Source: Octopus vulgaris (lineage: Eukaryota). From it: DNA of 64,000 nucleotides. This document shows positions 49,572 through 63,600 of the stretch, piece by piece. The notes beneath the pieces were generated by a model. The model was given only the letters and a program-made list of their open reading frames with translations, did not search any database and was not told where the DNA came from. Every line of letters starts with the position of its first letter. The first letter of the stretch is position 1. The stretch lies in the NCBI GenBank assembly GCA_951406725.2, contig OX597827.1:52576001-52640000 (forward strand). The letters run 5' to 3'. A program made the position numbers and the translations under genes.

Positions 49572-50294
49572 GTCTAAAGAATAATTCAGAAAGGAAGAAA
49601 GACTGAGAAAAAGAGAGATAAAAGGAAATTAAGGATCGGAGAAAGAGCAAAAAGGATTATTTAACCTAGACAAAAGCTTTGTTCAAATTTAGAAACAATT
49701 AGAATAAAAATAAAACCTGATGTGTGCATAAAACTGATTTTTTGAAAAAGAAATCCAAAGTAATTCTACAGTGGAAGAAAAAACAAAGCAGAGAGTATTA
49801 GGGAGAAGGGGTATGACAAGTAATAACAGAGAGATGTTTTGACAACTACTTGGTGATATAGAAAGGAGAAAAATGAATGAACAAACATGAGAGAGAGAGA
49901 GAGAGAATGGTGGAAACCAGAATGGAAGCTGTTTATTAAGAAATAACAATCCTAAAAATTAAGAAATCTATACATGTACATTAGGCAGGAAAAACTATGT
50001 AACATTTAAAGTAGATGTTTACCCACCAAAAGGAAGGGAATAAGAAAGATTTCTGCTGAATAAGGATGAAATCCAAAGTGGTGCCTGGTAATGGTAATAG
50101 TCATAATGGTGGTGAGAGGGGGAGGGGACAACAACAACATCAATGGAAAGCAACTTAATTCAAACTATAGAAACTAAATATTATAAGCTAACTTTTGAAG
50201 TAGGAGTGGGATAATGACTCGGAGTTAAATAACTGGCATGTTCCAGTTGAAAGAATGTATGTAAATATATGTATGTTTGTAGTCACACACATGT

Positions 50295-50297
<3 letters not shown>

Positions 50298-50338
<41 letters not shown>
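50298..50338. repeat. (CA)n microsatellite
   Basis: Seen directly in the sequence. Confidence 0.95.
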
Positions 50339-50340
<2 letters not shown>

Positions 50341-52864
50341 ATATCATGCATAGTAAGGCATATTTGACAACAAGCAGCTCTGATGTTTGGGTTTAGTAAA
50401 ACGAGTTATTTAACAGTTTATATCACTCACAGATGCACACCTATAAAAAAGTGAGTACAAGCTTAACTTACAATTTAGAGATCAATCCAGGAACCAACAG
50501 TTAATGGAACCAATCCATTGAAAGAATCTATATTGTTATACAGTACATAGCAAAGAGGAGAGAAGAGATACAGAAAAATAGTGGGACTGAAGGGGAGAAA
50601 AAAAAAAATTGACAAGTCACATGACCAATCACATGATCATTCTATTCATTGAGAAAGGGAAAAAAATTTGCATAACTTAGGGAATGTGTCTCATTTCCAA
50701 CTGAGAGAGAGAGAGCGAGAAAGAGAGAGAGAGGGGGAGAGCAAGAGAGAAAGAGAGAGAAGAAAATAGAAAGCAGATATTTATTCTGTTTGGCAAGTTT
50801 TGTACCATTAACTACTTGATATATACATTAACATTAGACCAGCACATAACGTAACTGTGTTATATATTAAAGAAGCTGGCGAAACATGATCTTTGCAATC
50901 ATAAAGTGTGTGGTTAATTTAAAACAATAAAGGGAGAAAAGGTAGAGAAATATATATAAGAGAGAGAGAGAGAGAGAAAGAAAGAAAGAAAGACTGCAAC
51001 AATATATTTAAGAAGGAGAATAGTCAAAAGCTTTGAGGTTCTTCAGAAAGGTAACTATCAAACAATGAAATCAATCCTTGCTGTGATGGAAGCTGATATT
51101 TTCAGAGATTTTCAGATGGTTTTGTTTGGTCTTTATTTACAGACTAAAGAGAGAGATTGTGTATATGTGTGTGTGTGTTGGGGTGGGGGTGTTGTGAGAA
51201 GATGGGAAAGAGAAAGAGAAAAAAGTCTGTGAACAGAAAAAAAAGAAGAGAAGGATAAAGAGAAGTAGAGATTCTATACAAAGGGGGAAAAGAAAAGAAC
51301 AAGGAAAGGGGAGAGAGAAGTTGAGAAAGAAGCAAGTCAGAAATGAATAGGTGAGGTTGAAAAGAAACCCGAAAAATAAATAAAAATAAAAGGATTAACA
51401 GAAAGAAACCGACCCCACCTATATGCTTCAGAATGGTGTTAGAGCTATTTACTAAAACAAAAGACCAACTGAAAGTGAAGTCATGAAAGATGTTTGGGGT
51501 TTCAAAGTTACCAATTTCTTAACGTGCCACATGTGTTATGCTACTGTCAAATAAGAAGCTAAACCTTAATTTATACTAGATGAGTTGAATGAATTGAACT
51601 CAGAATGTTAGTAGTACTTATACTGTCTCAACTATTTTCAACAGCGTCCTTGCTAAAACAATAATTTGAATTTCAATCAAAAGTAGACTCTTTTAAGGAT
51701 AAAAGAATATTTGATTGAACTGAACCAATATATCAATTTTTTTTTATTGTTAATGTGGTGTCAAGAGAGATGAAAGAGATTGCTTTAACACAGAAAAGTG
51801 ATACACTAAACTTAAATGCAAGAATAAACTGAGGTATAATAATAAAAAAAAAACATCCACATTAAAGAACTGTTATGGCCATTTAAAAACAAAATTTCCA
51901 ACACATACTAGCAGTCTGGTCACTGACATGATTCCACTGCAATTCTTTCTAAGTTGCAGTGGAATTGTGAGTAGACTTTGCTGTGGAGATTTAATAAGAC
52001 AGAAACATATCCAAAATTATTGCTGTACTTACTAAAGACCAAGCTCATCCATCAGCTCATGTCTTTGTTTAAACAATTTAAATTCTCTTCCTTACTAAGG
52101 ATTTGTTGTTAACACTAATGATTCTTCCTCATATAAATGTAATTTTAAAAATTAAAATTTCTTTCTGGTTAACAACATTAACTGTATTATCCCACACTTA
52201 TTTGTATAATGTACATGTAAGGAGTATTCCAGTGGAGAGATTTCAATTTGAACCAAGAATCAGGGATGTTGAAGGTATGATATGACAGGAAAGGGAACAA
52301 ACAAAATAATAATAATAATAATAAAAATCTAGTTACAAGACTCAACTGATAAATGAATTTCTTTAGCTTAGACAAGGGGTATAATGGATGTAAAGGTTCT
52401 TTAAGTTAATATTGGAAAGTTAATCATAATAAAGGGTAAACAAAGAAGATTGAGAAACAATAAATAGGCAAGATAAGCTTGAAAGCATTGGACTTCACTG
52501 AAGGGATAACACAGAATTAAGACAAAGTAAGATGCTATATTGCAAATCTGTTGAACACTGTATATTAACACTAATGACAATTAAAGAATTCTTTACAATG
52601 TCCATTTTGAGGCAGATGGTTATTGCTTTTGTTTTATTGTCTGTGAAGTGAAAATATAGAATGTCTTTTGTATGAACAGAGGATTATAATAATAATGATG
52701 ATGATAGTGATGATAGCCATTGTCATCATTTGATGTCTGTTTTTTGTCATGCTGGCATAAAATGTGTCACAGAACCTCACCATCTGGCTCTGGCAGTAAC
52801 AGGGGAAACTGCTAGAGTCTGTTACAGAGTATATCATGTTATCATTTGGAGAGGAGGAGAGAGT

Positions 52865-53030
52865 AGTCAATTCAGCTGGCCTCGGGCATTCAACTGGTAC
52901 ACATTTTACCAGTCCTCTACAGATGGAAGGTGAAGTTAATCTTAGCAAGTTTGAACTGAAAATGTAAAGACATAAAATGCTATTAAGCATTTTGTCTAGC
53001 ATGCTAACAATTCTGCCAGCTTGCTGCCTT

Positions 53031-53095
<65 letters not shown>

Positions 53096-54105
53096 ATGTT
53101 GCTGCTCATGTATTTTAATTTAACTTAAAAAAAAAAAATAAAAAAAAAAAAAAAAAATGAACGAACTACTGAGTTTGGTTTAATGGCCTACCAATATACA
53201 CTATGAGTTTCTTTGCCCTAGGAGTCGGGAAGACACTCGGCAAGAAATGGAAGAAAATTTGAAAGAAGAAAAAAAAAAAAAAAAAATAATAATAATAAAC
53301 CTTTCTATAATAGGTGCAAGGTTGATCATGTCAAGCCCAGTGCTTGACTGGTGCTTATTTTATCAACTCCGAAAAGATGAAAGGCAAAGTCAACCTTGGT
53401 GGAATTTGAACTCAGAACATAATGATGGAAGAAATGCTGCTAAGCATTTCATCTGACATGCTAATGATTCTACCAACTTACCACCATAATAATAATAATA
53501 ATAATGGTTTCAAATTTTGGCACAAGACCAGAAACTTCTGGGGAAGGGGTAAATCAATTACATCGGCTCCAGTGTTGTTCAACTGGTCCCTATTTCATCA
53601 ACCCCGAAAGAATGAAAGACAAAACTGACCTCAGCAGAATTTGAACTCAGAATGTAGAGACATTAAATGCTACTAAGCATTTTGTCTGGCATGTTAACGA
53701 TTCTGCTATTTTGCTGCCTTATAATTATTATTAATGATAACAATGATTTACTTTATTTGCCACCAGGCATCAAATGAAGGGGACAATAATAATAATGATA
53801 ATGGTTTCAAATTTTGCCACAAGGGAAGAAATTTTGGGGGAGGGGATAAGTTGATTACATCAACCCCAGTGTTTCACTGGTACTTCATTTATTGACCCAG
53901 AAAGGATGAAAAGCAAAGTTGACCATGACAGAATTTGGAAATAATAATAATGATGACAAGGTTAAAAGTTTTGGAAGATGAGTTAATCAATTAATCAACC
54001 CCTAGTACTTAATTTTATTGAAGCCAGATAGATAAAAGGTAAAGCTGACCTGGATAGGAGTTGAACTCAGAATGAGAATAAATGCCATAAGGCATTTTGT
54101 TTCAT
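52865..54105 (-). mobile_element. Head-to-tail cluster of about five family-2 SINEs separated by (AAT)n
   Basis: Repeated ggtttcaaattttggcacaag...gatgaaaggcaaagt...atttgaactcagaa...gctgcct units; (AAT)n at 53032-53093. Confidence 0.85.
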
Positions 54106-54888
54106 GCTATGGAAGGTTTAGCAGCAAATGCTTACCAAGTGTAAGTAAGTGTAATCTTATAGATCAGGAACTGAAAATAAGTCACATTACTTTCCTCATA
54201 GTCTTTAAATTAACATGAAAAGAAACTAAACAAATGAAACTAAATGAAACCAAAGTGCCAGTGCTGAAGTGCAAGCAAAGATAGGTAATTACTGCTTCTT
54301 GTAGTGTGTAATTCTACATACGGAATATGTTAAAGATATTCTGTAAGAGAAATGACTTGTTATGCTTTGCTTAAGAAATTTAGTATTACTTGGGATATCC
54401 ATCACTGTGTCAGCAGCAAAGTTAAATTAGAGATGTTACTTAAGACCGAAAATTGTTGACTTTATGGAAGGATTAACTGTGTGTGTAATAAGAAAAAAAA
54501 AGGTGAGACAGGATGGTGTTAGATTTAAAGAGAAGGGGAGAAAAAGGATAAGGGGATAGGAGGGAGGCATGGATAGGAAGGAGAGGAGGATAGGAGGGAG
54601 AGGAGAATAGGAGGAAAATAGGAAAGGAGGGGGACGGGAGAATAAGATGAAGAGGAGGAAGAAATGGGAAAGAGAGAGGAGGGCAATTGAGAATTGATTT
54701 GTTTCTTTGAAACTTAACAATTCAGATGAATCTTAAAAACTAAAACATTTTAAAGACCTTGCAGCAAAAACGTACCTTGTTAATTAGTGTTAAGTGCTAA
54801 CTCAATTAGCAATATTTTAGCTACACTTCACAAGTAAAGAGAAGGAAGTATTTAGTTGATAAAAATGCATCATGTTCATATAGTTTAA

Positions 54889-55106
54889 CCCTTTAGCATT
54901 TAAACTGGCCATATCCAGCCCATATTCTACTAGTTTTATGTTCATACCAGCCAGATCTAGCCTCTCGCACCTGCCATACAATGTTACTGTAAAAATAAAT
55001 AATTACATCACTGAAATCTCAAAGCTACAAGATAATGCATGATTAATTAAAAACTGTGTAATTGAATAAGCATTACATTCAGCAGAGTAATCTGAATGCT
55101 AAATGG
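54889..55106. mobile_element. piggyBac-type MITE, family A
   Basis: TTAA-CCCTTTAGCATT...AATGCTAAATGG-TTAA. Confidence 0.85.
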
Positions 55107-56951
55107 TTAAATGTTTCTTTTGCAATATTTTTGGCTCCAAGTTTGATTCTACTGCTTGACACCCTGAATAAGTGTCTTCTATCATAGCTTTAGGTCAATC
55201 CATTACTTAGTTTAACATCACTATCTGACTCTTAAGTGCCTTTAGCAGAGTCCACTTTGTTGCAAGCATTTGCATCCATATTAAGCTGGTCTCTAGCCTG
55301 AAAAGAACCTGATATGCTGTTTTCTACCACACCAACCCACAAGTCATGATCCCCATCCCCATTAGTCACACAGGTCCTGCAAAAATGTCATGGATGCTTC
55401 TCTTCCTTGTAGTCCTAGTAAGCTGATAGAAACCCTAAGAAAGCATTTCAAACAATAGTTTTAAACTATCAGATGTCAATATAGTATGCGCTGATTCACT
55501 GGTTAATGTACACTTGAAAGTGACTGCAGATGAAAACCAAAATAGAGTCCTGATTCAATGATACCTTGAGGATTCACAACTCAAATTGTAATTCCTCACA
55601 CTTCATACAAATATTACAAGAAAACCTTTAAACAAACAACATTACAATGAAAATTTTCCTACAACAAAATAAGATTCTTGAACTACATAACAAAGCAAAA
55701 ATAAAGAAAAAAAACAGTCAGTAGGTAGGTGAAAATTGAACCCACATTTTCAACTGAAAGTCAAAGTAAAATATTGCTAGTTATTTACTTATTTTCAGTT
55801 TAAATAACTTTATAACTTTACACATACATAAACACACTATAATCAACTTGCATGAGATTTTGTAGCATTATTCTGCTCTTTAGTAACAATCATAATTGTT
55901 GAGAGATTCTTTACTGTGTAGCAAATAGAAAGTGGTTTTTAATTTCATTCAATGGAACTCCTATCATAACAAAACCCAATTTCTGTCCTTAGGTTACGTT
56001 CCACAGTTTATGGAAATATGTAGCAGAGTACCCTTTCTTCCAAACAACTAACCTAATGCACTCACTTTCAACATCTAAAAATGTAAATAGAGACAGTTCT
56101 AAACAAAAAAGTCTGTCTCATTGGATCTATGTTAGAATCACTTTGGTTTCTTTAAAACTAAATATAAAAATCCACTTTTTCACAATGGTCACTTGTTTGC
56201 GAAAACATTGGTGTTTTGCAGTAGCAAAGTCCTAGGATATTTGTTTCAGCATGCATAAACAGAGTTAGCTAATACACATATTCCACTGGTTTTGATTTGT
56301 CTCAAGCTTTCATTTGTTTCCTTACACAGTTCTTTCTGTACATTAATGGTCTTGTTTTTAATTACTATACTACCATTCTCCACTACCCCCTAGTTTTATT
56401 CAAACTGGTGTTATTCACAGGATACATATCAGACTTGCTCTGTTATATGAGCAAAGACATTAAAAACATCTAATGAATAAGTCACATTTAAAACCGTCAA
56501 CAATTGTCAATGATCTTTCATGGCAATCATGCATATATAACATTATCAAAAGTGCATTCCAAAAGCTAGTGTTTGTATTTAGAGTTGGAAAATATTTCCG
56601 TCCATATTAGATATATTGCTAGAACTCAAACAAGCTGAAGTTCATGTTGTCATAATGTGTACATAATTAAGACTGCAGCTGTTAAAAACTTATTTTCAAA
56701 TGAATGCTTGTAAACAATCTAAAGCCATTAATTAACCTATGTGATTGTTTTGTCAAATATGAGTTGAGAATTTGTAGTTTTATAAGATTCTGGATATATT
56801 TACTTAGTTGAGTAAGTGTGAAAGACTAAACAAACAAATATTTGAAAAGGCTGTAAAACAAGAAAACATCAAATTTCAGTGGAAGAAAGACAGCAGTAAA
56901 TAATGGCATAAAAAATACAAGAATTTAATCTACTGTTAAATGCAGACTTAC

Positions 56952-57041
56952 CGGTACCAATTGGACAATGGCTTCAGTTCCATTGGCTCCTTGCGATGGA
57001 TGCTGGGCAGGGGCTGTTTCCACTGCAACACCACTATCGCT
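56952..57041 (-). CDS. TACC: Probable TACC upstream coding exon
   Basis: tttttatag|...|gtaagt; SDSGVAVETAPAQHPSQGANGTEAIVQLVP; 90 nt, phase 0 to 0, joins VLKYSQ in frame; GC-rich island in AT-rich intron. Confidence 0.75.
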
Positions 57042-60000
57042 CTATAAAAATAATAAATTCATGGGAATTACAATTTTGAAGAGTAAATTCACATTAATTT
57101 TAATATAACAAATCATATGATAGCTCTCTTTCTCTATGAAAAATGTAACAATTTAGATGAAAACCACCTGTGTGTGTGTGTGTGTGTCTGTATGTATGTA
57201 TGTGTGTGTGTATGTATGTATGTTTGTATATATATATAATTTATAAACAATTGTGAGCATATAGGCACAAAACAAAGTGGAAAAAATTGTATTCAAATAT
57301 CAAAGTTAGAGTAAAATAGCATTTTATTGAAGCTGAAAAGACTTCACAAACTGTTACTCAGAGTAACTAATCATGAGAGAATTGTGGGTATTTAGATGTT
57401 TATATACACACATACACACACACAAATTTACAGCTGAGAAGATTTATAAGAAGAAGCAATAATTTATATAGTGGGATGACAGGTTATCTTCCATATTACT
57501 GCTGTAAACTTAAAAGAGAATAGAAATAGCAAGCAGAATAATAGAACATGGTACAAACACGAAATGTTGAATTTCTTAAAGAAACAAATGCTGTTTCTTA
57601 AACTTTTATTTAATGTTTAATTTTTCATATAAAGTATATATTTAACAAAGATAATATTGTCACCAACACAAGAATCTGATCAATATACTGAATCAAATAG
57701 TACTACCATTGTTAAATATATAGTTTATATAATTACATTTTTTATATTAAAAAGAAAAAAAAAACAGCAAAAACAAAAAAAAAATTTTTTATTAAATATA
57801 AAGACTTGGAAACAGCTTGCTTGTGCTAGTGATGATTATTGAAAATTCTGTATATCAGATGCCAGTCAGTAGGTTTCAGGGGTCATTAGAAGAAAGTGCA
57901 CAGTGTTTTGGGGGCCTTCCTCTAAGCTTTACAGCATAGTTGTCCCAACCAATTGATGTGAGCCCCTGCCCTTTACTGGATCAATTGACTTGTATTTGAT
58001 CTTAAATCTACCTTAAGATCATCATCACCATTCAAACTGTGGAAGTTTTATCATTTATTTCATTAGAAAATTGAGTAAAGTTCATGTTTGTATTTTATTG
58101 TTTTCTGTTAGGGTTTACTTTTATGTTTACAGCTGTAGTATGAATGATTGCCTGATAGATTCCCCATCAATTGAAATAGGAGAGGGTAAATAAAAGCAAG
58201 CGGAATTAATAAGAGTATTGCAAGGGAACACAATATAATGGCTGTAGTAAGATCTTAATTTATCACAATCTGAACAGTAGTTTAGTTTTAAATCATTGTA
58301 CCATACGTATTGTTTTATTATAATTTACATGTGGCTTCCCTATCAGAGGAGAGAGTGCTTGAAGTGTGATATAGAGTTAAGTATATTTATTATAATATAG
58401 CAGTTAAAGATGACTATCTGTAACTTAAATTTTCTTTGGCAACAAAGGTGGATTCTCAGCAAAGATTCTTTATGAGATGCTGAGCATGATAAAATTCATG
58501 CAACATACTTGGTCATGTGGTGGGTCTTAGAAAAGTCTTTCAACATAAGAAACTATGTTGAAAACTGGGATGTATGAATGAAACATGGACTTTACAAGCC
58601 ACTTCACAGTCTGCCTATTGAGGACAGCAGTAACTTAATAAGAACTGATGTTGACAGTTAACATCTGTTCAAATCTAACCAACATGAAAAAATAAATGTA
58701 AAAATAATGACGATCATAGTAATAATGATGGTGATGGGGATGATGATCACTTTGTTCACTTCATTCAATAGTTTGCACTCTTGCTGAGATATTTGCTATA
58801 CTGCTCAACTTGATAGTAGCTAACATTTTTTTAGTTTATATTTTATACTATATATATAATATCATCATTGCCACCAAATTCTATTAAGTCATGATATGGA
58901 ATCTGCCAGCATAAAACTTGAAATTACAGAGCAGTAGTTTATATAAATATATATATAAATATATATATATATATAACTAAAAATAAGGGTGTCTGAGAGA
59001 CACCACCATGCCGAAATAGCAGTCAAATCCCTGACTCTAAAAACCATGTTAAATGTTCATATCGCACCATGAGATAAGACAGAGGGACAAAATAGACTAG
59101 CAAAAAATATTACTGAATAATTCAAGATCCTGGATTTCTAGCTTTGCTTTAAATAAGCTTTGCCATCATCGGTTGAATATATCAAAGCACATAAATACAA
59201 ATATATTTATGCAGAACAAATATATATATGCAGAACATATATATATAAATAAGTTTTAGGTGTTTGTATGTTGTCTTTTCACATTCAGTTTTTCCATGCT
59301 AGCATGAATTACAAGAATACATATTATTGAAGCACTGTTTTAGTTTTGAGTTGAATACCTTTCCTGTTACTGCCCCTTGCCCATCTTTTCAAGTAAAAGA
59401 ATTTTCATTGCATTTGTCAAGGGACACATACACATACATCATCATCATTTTGACATCCGCCTTTCTGTTTGCAAGGATCAGATTGAATCTACTGAGGCAA
59501 ATTTTCTACAGCCAAATGCCGATCCTGTTGTCAACCCTTACCCGTTTCCAAGCAAGGGATTATTTTCTCACGGACAGACATGTTTTTACAGAAGATTAGA
59601 AATGAAAGACACTTCTTGTTTAAATTATCATCCAATTTCAAGACAAGGAGACACAAAAACACTCCCTGCCCACATAAGCATATTTACATATATGTTAATT
59701 TGTTTATGTCATAACTATGTGGTTCTGAGTTCAAGATGCCATTTACAACTAGATGAAGATGCTACTGTGTGTTGTATATTAAGTAGCAGAGGCCTCCTCT
59801 TTCAAAACAGAAGTTATTTGCAGCTAAATAAAAAAAAATGAGTTTCAACTATGAGAAAATTTTGTACAAATATCTAGTTAAAATCTATGCCTTTACTAAA
59901 GAAAATATGATGAATGTAAATTTGGGTGACCCGTTGGAGGCAAGAATGGGAGTAGTGGCTAGTATTACAGGGGGAGGGGAATCACTAGTTGTAGCTACAC

Positions 60001-60347
60001 ATGTACTGGTAGAAGAAAGAAAGAAAGCAAAGGGATATTATATACTGTCAAATCTGATATAGTCCTCTGATTGTCACTCAAGCTGTGTGGTGTATGTGTG
60101 TGTGTGTGTGAGGGGGGGAGGGCGATATTATTGTATTGGACAAACAACAATTACCTAGCAATGTTAGAGAATGAAGATAGGCCCTAAATAACAAAATAAA
60201 AATTTAAAAAATGAGAGGCAAGCAAGTTGCAGAGAATAGAAGCTGAAGTTGATGTATGGACAAAGTATATCAGATAAATAAGTGGAATTACAGCAGTGTT
60301 TCTCAGCCATTTTTATCTTATTCTCCACCTTGACTTTCTGGAGATAA

Positions 60348-60380
<33 letters not shown>

Positions 60381-60463
60381 TACATCCCACGACAAACAAA
60401 GTTAGCATATAGATAAGAAAATGAGATGACAAAGGAATAAATGATTATCTTATGAACTTCATA

Positions 60464-60545
60464 AGCTAACAGCTGTTTCTGCTATACCACGCAGTGGTCT
60501 CATAGTAGAGTACCCGAGTAACACTTTATAGCTTCATTGGAACCA
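60464..60545 (-). ncRNA. Degenerate hammerhead-like motif of the same type as 37620
   Basis: Minus strand CCAATGA-AGCTATA...TATAGC-AGAAACAGCTGTTAG; the CUGAUGA core is mutated. Confidence 0.4.
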
Positions 60546-60568
60546 CGAATATGAAATGCAATTTATTT

Positions 60569-60613
<45 letters not shown>

Positions 60614-63600
60614 CACATTCACTCAAAAGAAGCTTTCATTTAAACTTTATAGCAAGTTTTATTCACCTATAACTTATATCTCACCAAAATATAGTCTTGC
60701 CCCATGGGGGGGGGGGGTTATGCATCCCTTTTGAAACACTGATGTAGATAGATAAATAAATAAGAAGAAAGAATGCAGTTTTAAGTTAGTGTTTGTTATT
60801 ATCACTAGAATCATCAATGGAAATGATGTAACTGTTAGGCTGATGAGTAAAAATAAAAGTTAAATGAATAAAAAAATTATGCATTAAAATCAGAGATAAT
60901 TTTCTCAATTATATGATACCGATCAAATAATTTATAGAGATTAATGATACTGAACAAATAAATCATCATCACCAGTGGCATATGTAAATAAAATAAACTA
61001 AATGAATAAACAAATGTGTAAGTAAAAGTAGATAAAAAAAATAAAGGAGTGAATGAATAGTTCTAAAGATGGCGAAAATCAACTGTCTTTTCATACAATT
61101 TCTTCATGGACAATATCTTTGCCTGTAAATTTAGATTTAATTTAATGGGCATTATAGCACTCAAACATACACTGTCGGACACATTAATTTATTTGTTGAG
61201 CTAGCTGCCAGCAAATGAAAATGCATTATGTACATCAGGTTCTCAGATCAAATGAAGTCCTTAATTCGATGTTACTATAAATTCAATGTTGACAAAATAA
61301 GACAGATGATATTCTAGAAGGTATTGAAAATGGATGGGCTCTTTCTGTCCATGAGAAGACTGTGTAAAAAACCAGTCATTTATACTTGTATTTAATTCAG
61401 TTGCTTTGTGAGTGAATTTGGAAGAAGGAAACTGTGTGGAAGACATATGTATATATGTGTGTGCATGTGTTTTTGTGCTTGCCCTTAACCTAGTTTAGCA
61501 AAAGAGATCAATGCAATAAACACCAGACTTAAAAAAATAAGTACAGGAGGCGATTTGCTTTCCTAAACTCTTCAAGATGGTCCCCTAAGCATGGCTAAAG
61601 CCCAATGACTAAAATAAATGAAAAATAAAAGATAAAGATACATGCAATGTTGGTGAAAACTTAGATTTATTCTAAAGTATATTATAGTGTAAAAACATGC
61701 TTCACTAAATTTATACATTCATACACATATACATACATATATGTGTGTGTGTGTAAATAAATATGTATGCATGACCATCCATTTGAAATGCTAGAAATAG
61801 TAACCAAATTTCCCTTAAATCACAGAGCCTACAATTTAGAAAAATGCAACACGTACAATTTAGCCTCTGATGCAGAAAAAAGACAGATGATCACAGCTTG
61901 AACACTTTTTTTTCATCATAGGTCTGAATGATCAAAGCTAACCTGTGGCTGAGAAATACCTAAAGTAGACCATAGTAGATTGACTATCTAAAAATAGCAG
62001 TCATAATTATCATAAATTGCATACTACCAACTTCAAAACATATAGATATATTGGGATGCCTGATATTTACAAAGATAGCTGGAAGGTTTTCATTGAAGAC
62101 CTATTCAAACTAGAAATATCCAGCAAAAGTTCTTCTAAATTACACATTCTACCATCTTAGAAAAAGGTTATATTGGGATATGTAATCCTTGGCATTGACA
62201 CAGATGGGCAGAAGGCTTTCATTTGAACTTGACTCAACCTAAGAAATAAATAACCAACTTTCACAACATCACACATCCTACCATCCTAAAGAAAAAGATC
62301 ATATATAAAAAACCAATGGCAATCTCCTTCAAATCACAAACACTAGTCTTTAGAAAACAAGAGAAGACACATTGGATAAAATAGTCCCTAATGTATAAAA
62401 ACAGATGATGTTTACAACTAGAACACTTTTTACCAATGGTTTGTTCAAGCTGGGTCCACATAACTAAGAGAAACCTGATGTGGTAACCACTAACAGAGCC
62501 TCTTAGCAGTTGTCCAAGCTATAACAGATAGCAACCAAATCTCCATCAAACAACATATTCTACATATATTTACTTTAAAAAAATAATTGCCATTAAGTGT
62601 ATTGCTGGGAAGACAATTGAACATATAAAGAGTTTAATTATCAAACACTACTCAACTTTAAATTCACTTATTTTTGAATATTTGTTCTCTTAATACAAAC
62701 AGACAACTAAGATGTGAGATAACCTATATCAAGAAATTCATAAAACTGTATAGTTTGCTACAGGATAGTCAACAAGCTAAAAATTCTTCAGAAGAAATTT
62801 CTGCATGTGACAACAGATAGACATAATCTCAGCCTTTTGACTTGAGAGTTATGGAAGTCTGTTTCACTACGTAGAACTTATAATTAAGCATATAATAAGA
62901 TATTCATTTGGAATATGGAGTAGCTCTGTCAATAATATTCCAGGTTATAAAAGAATGATCATGTCTTTGGTCTCTGATTTTCTAAATAAATTGAGACAAG
63001 GAAATAGAGTTTGAACTATTCCTAAAGGAGCACAATGTTGATTGTAATGTGCCTTGAAATTGCAAGTCCCATACAGTTCCTTTTGTATAATTGATGCTTG
63101 ATATATCACTCCTTTGGAGAGGTTAGATCCTCAGAGCAGACAAATAGATTGATGTCAACAAATGCAAAATGACTATTAAAATGAGGGCAGAGTGGATATG
63201 TGATAGTAGATGACAAGAACAGCTAATCATGACACTGCTCATTAAAACAGTTTATGCTATTTTTAGAGTATACAATGGGAAAAGTTCAAAGAGCTACTGG
63301 TTCTGCTCACAGCAAAGGAATTCTCTCTGTCTAAAAAGCAAAAACCATAACAGAATTAGAGAATATCTGTGTGCTATGGAAAAGTGAGAAAAAATGGAAA
63401 AATATGAAGAAAGCATAATTTTTGATAGAGAAAGTTGAGAACTGAGGGTTTATGAGATAGGGAATGAGCGTGGGAAAAAGTAAAGAAAAAGATGACTCAG
63501 GTGAGCATTTTATATCAGATATAGAGCTAACAAGAGTTAATATAAAAACTATAGTTGTATACTAGTATTTAAAATTAAAAAAAAAGAGAGAGCCAGAATT

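Noticed and set aside
54530-54690. Purine-rich GGA/GA tract (possible triplex or G-quadruplex) and its 94-aa minus-strand ORF
   Set aside because: Low-complexity tracts like this recur in the window (about 50700 and 51200); there is no evidence of a specific function
59377-59841. 154-aa ORF
   Set aside because: Runs antisense through an RTE-tail-related repeat ((CAT)n...acatccgcctt); no splice context or recognisable domain
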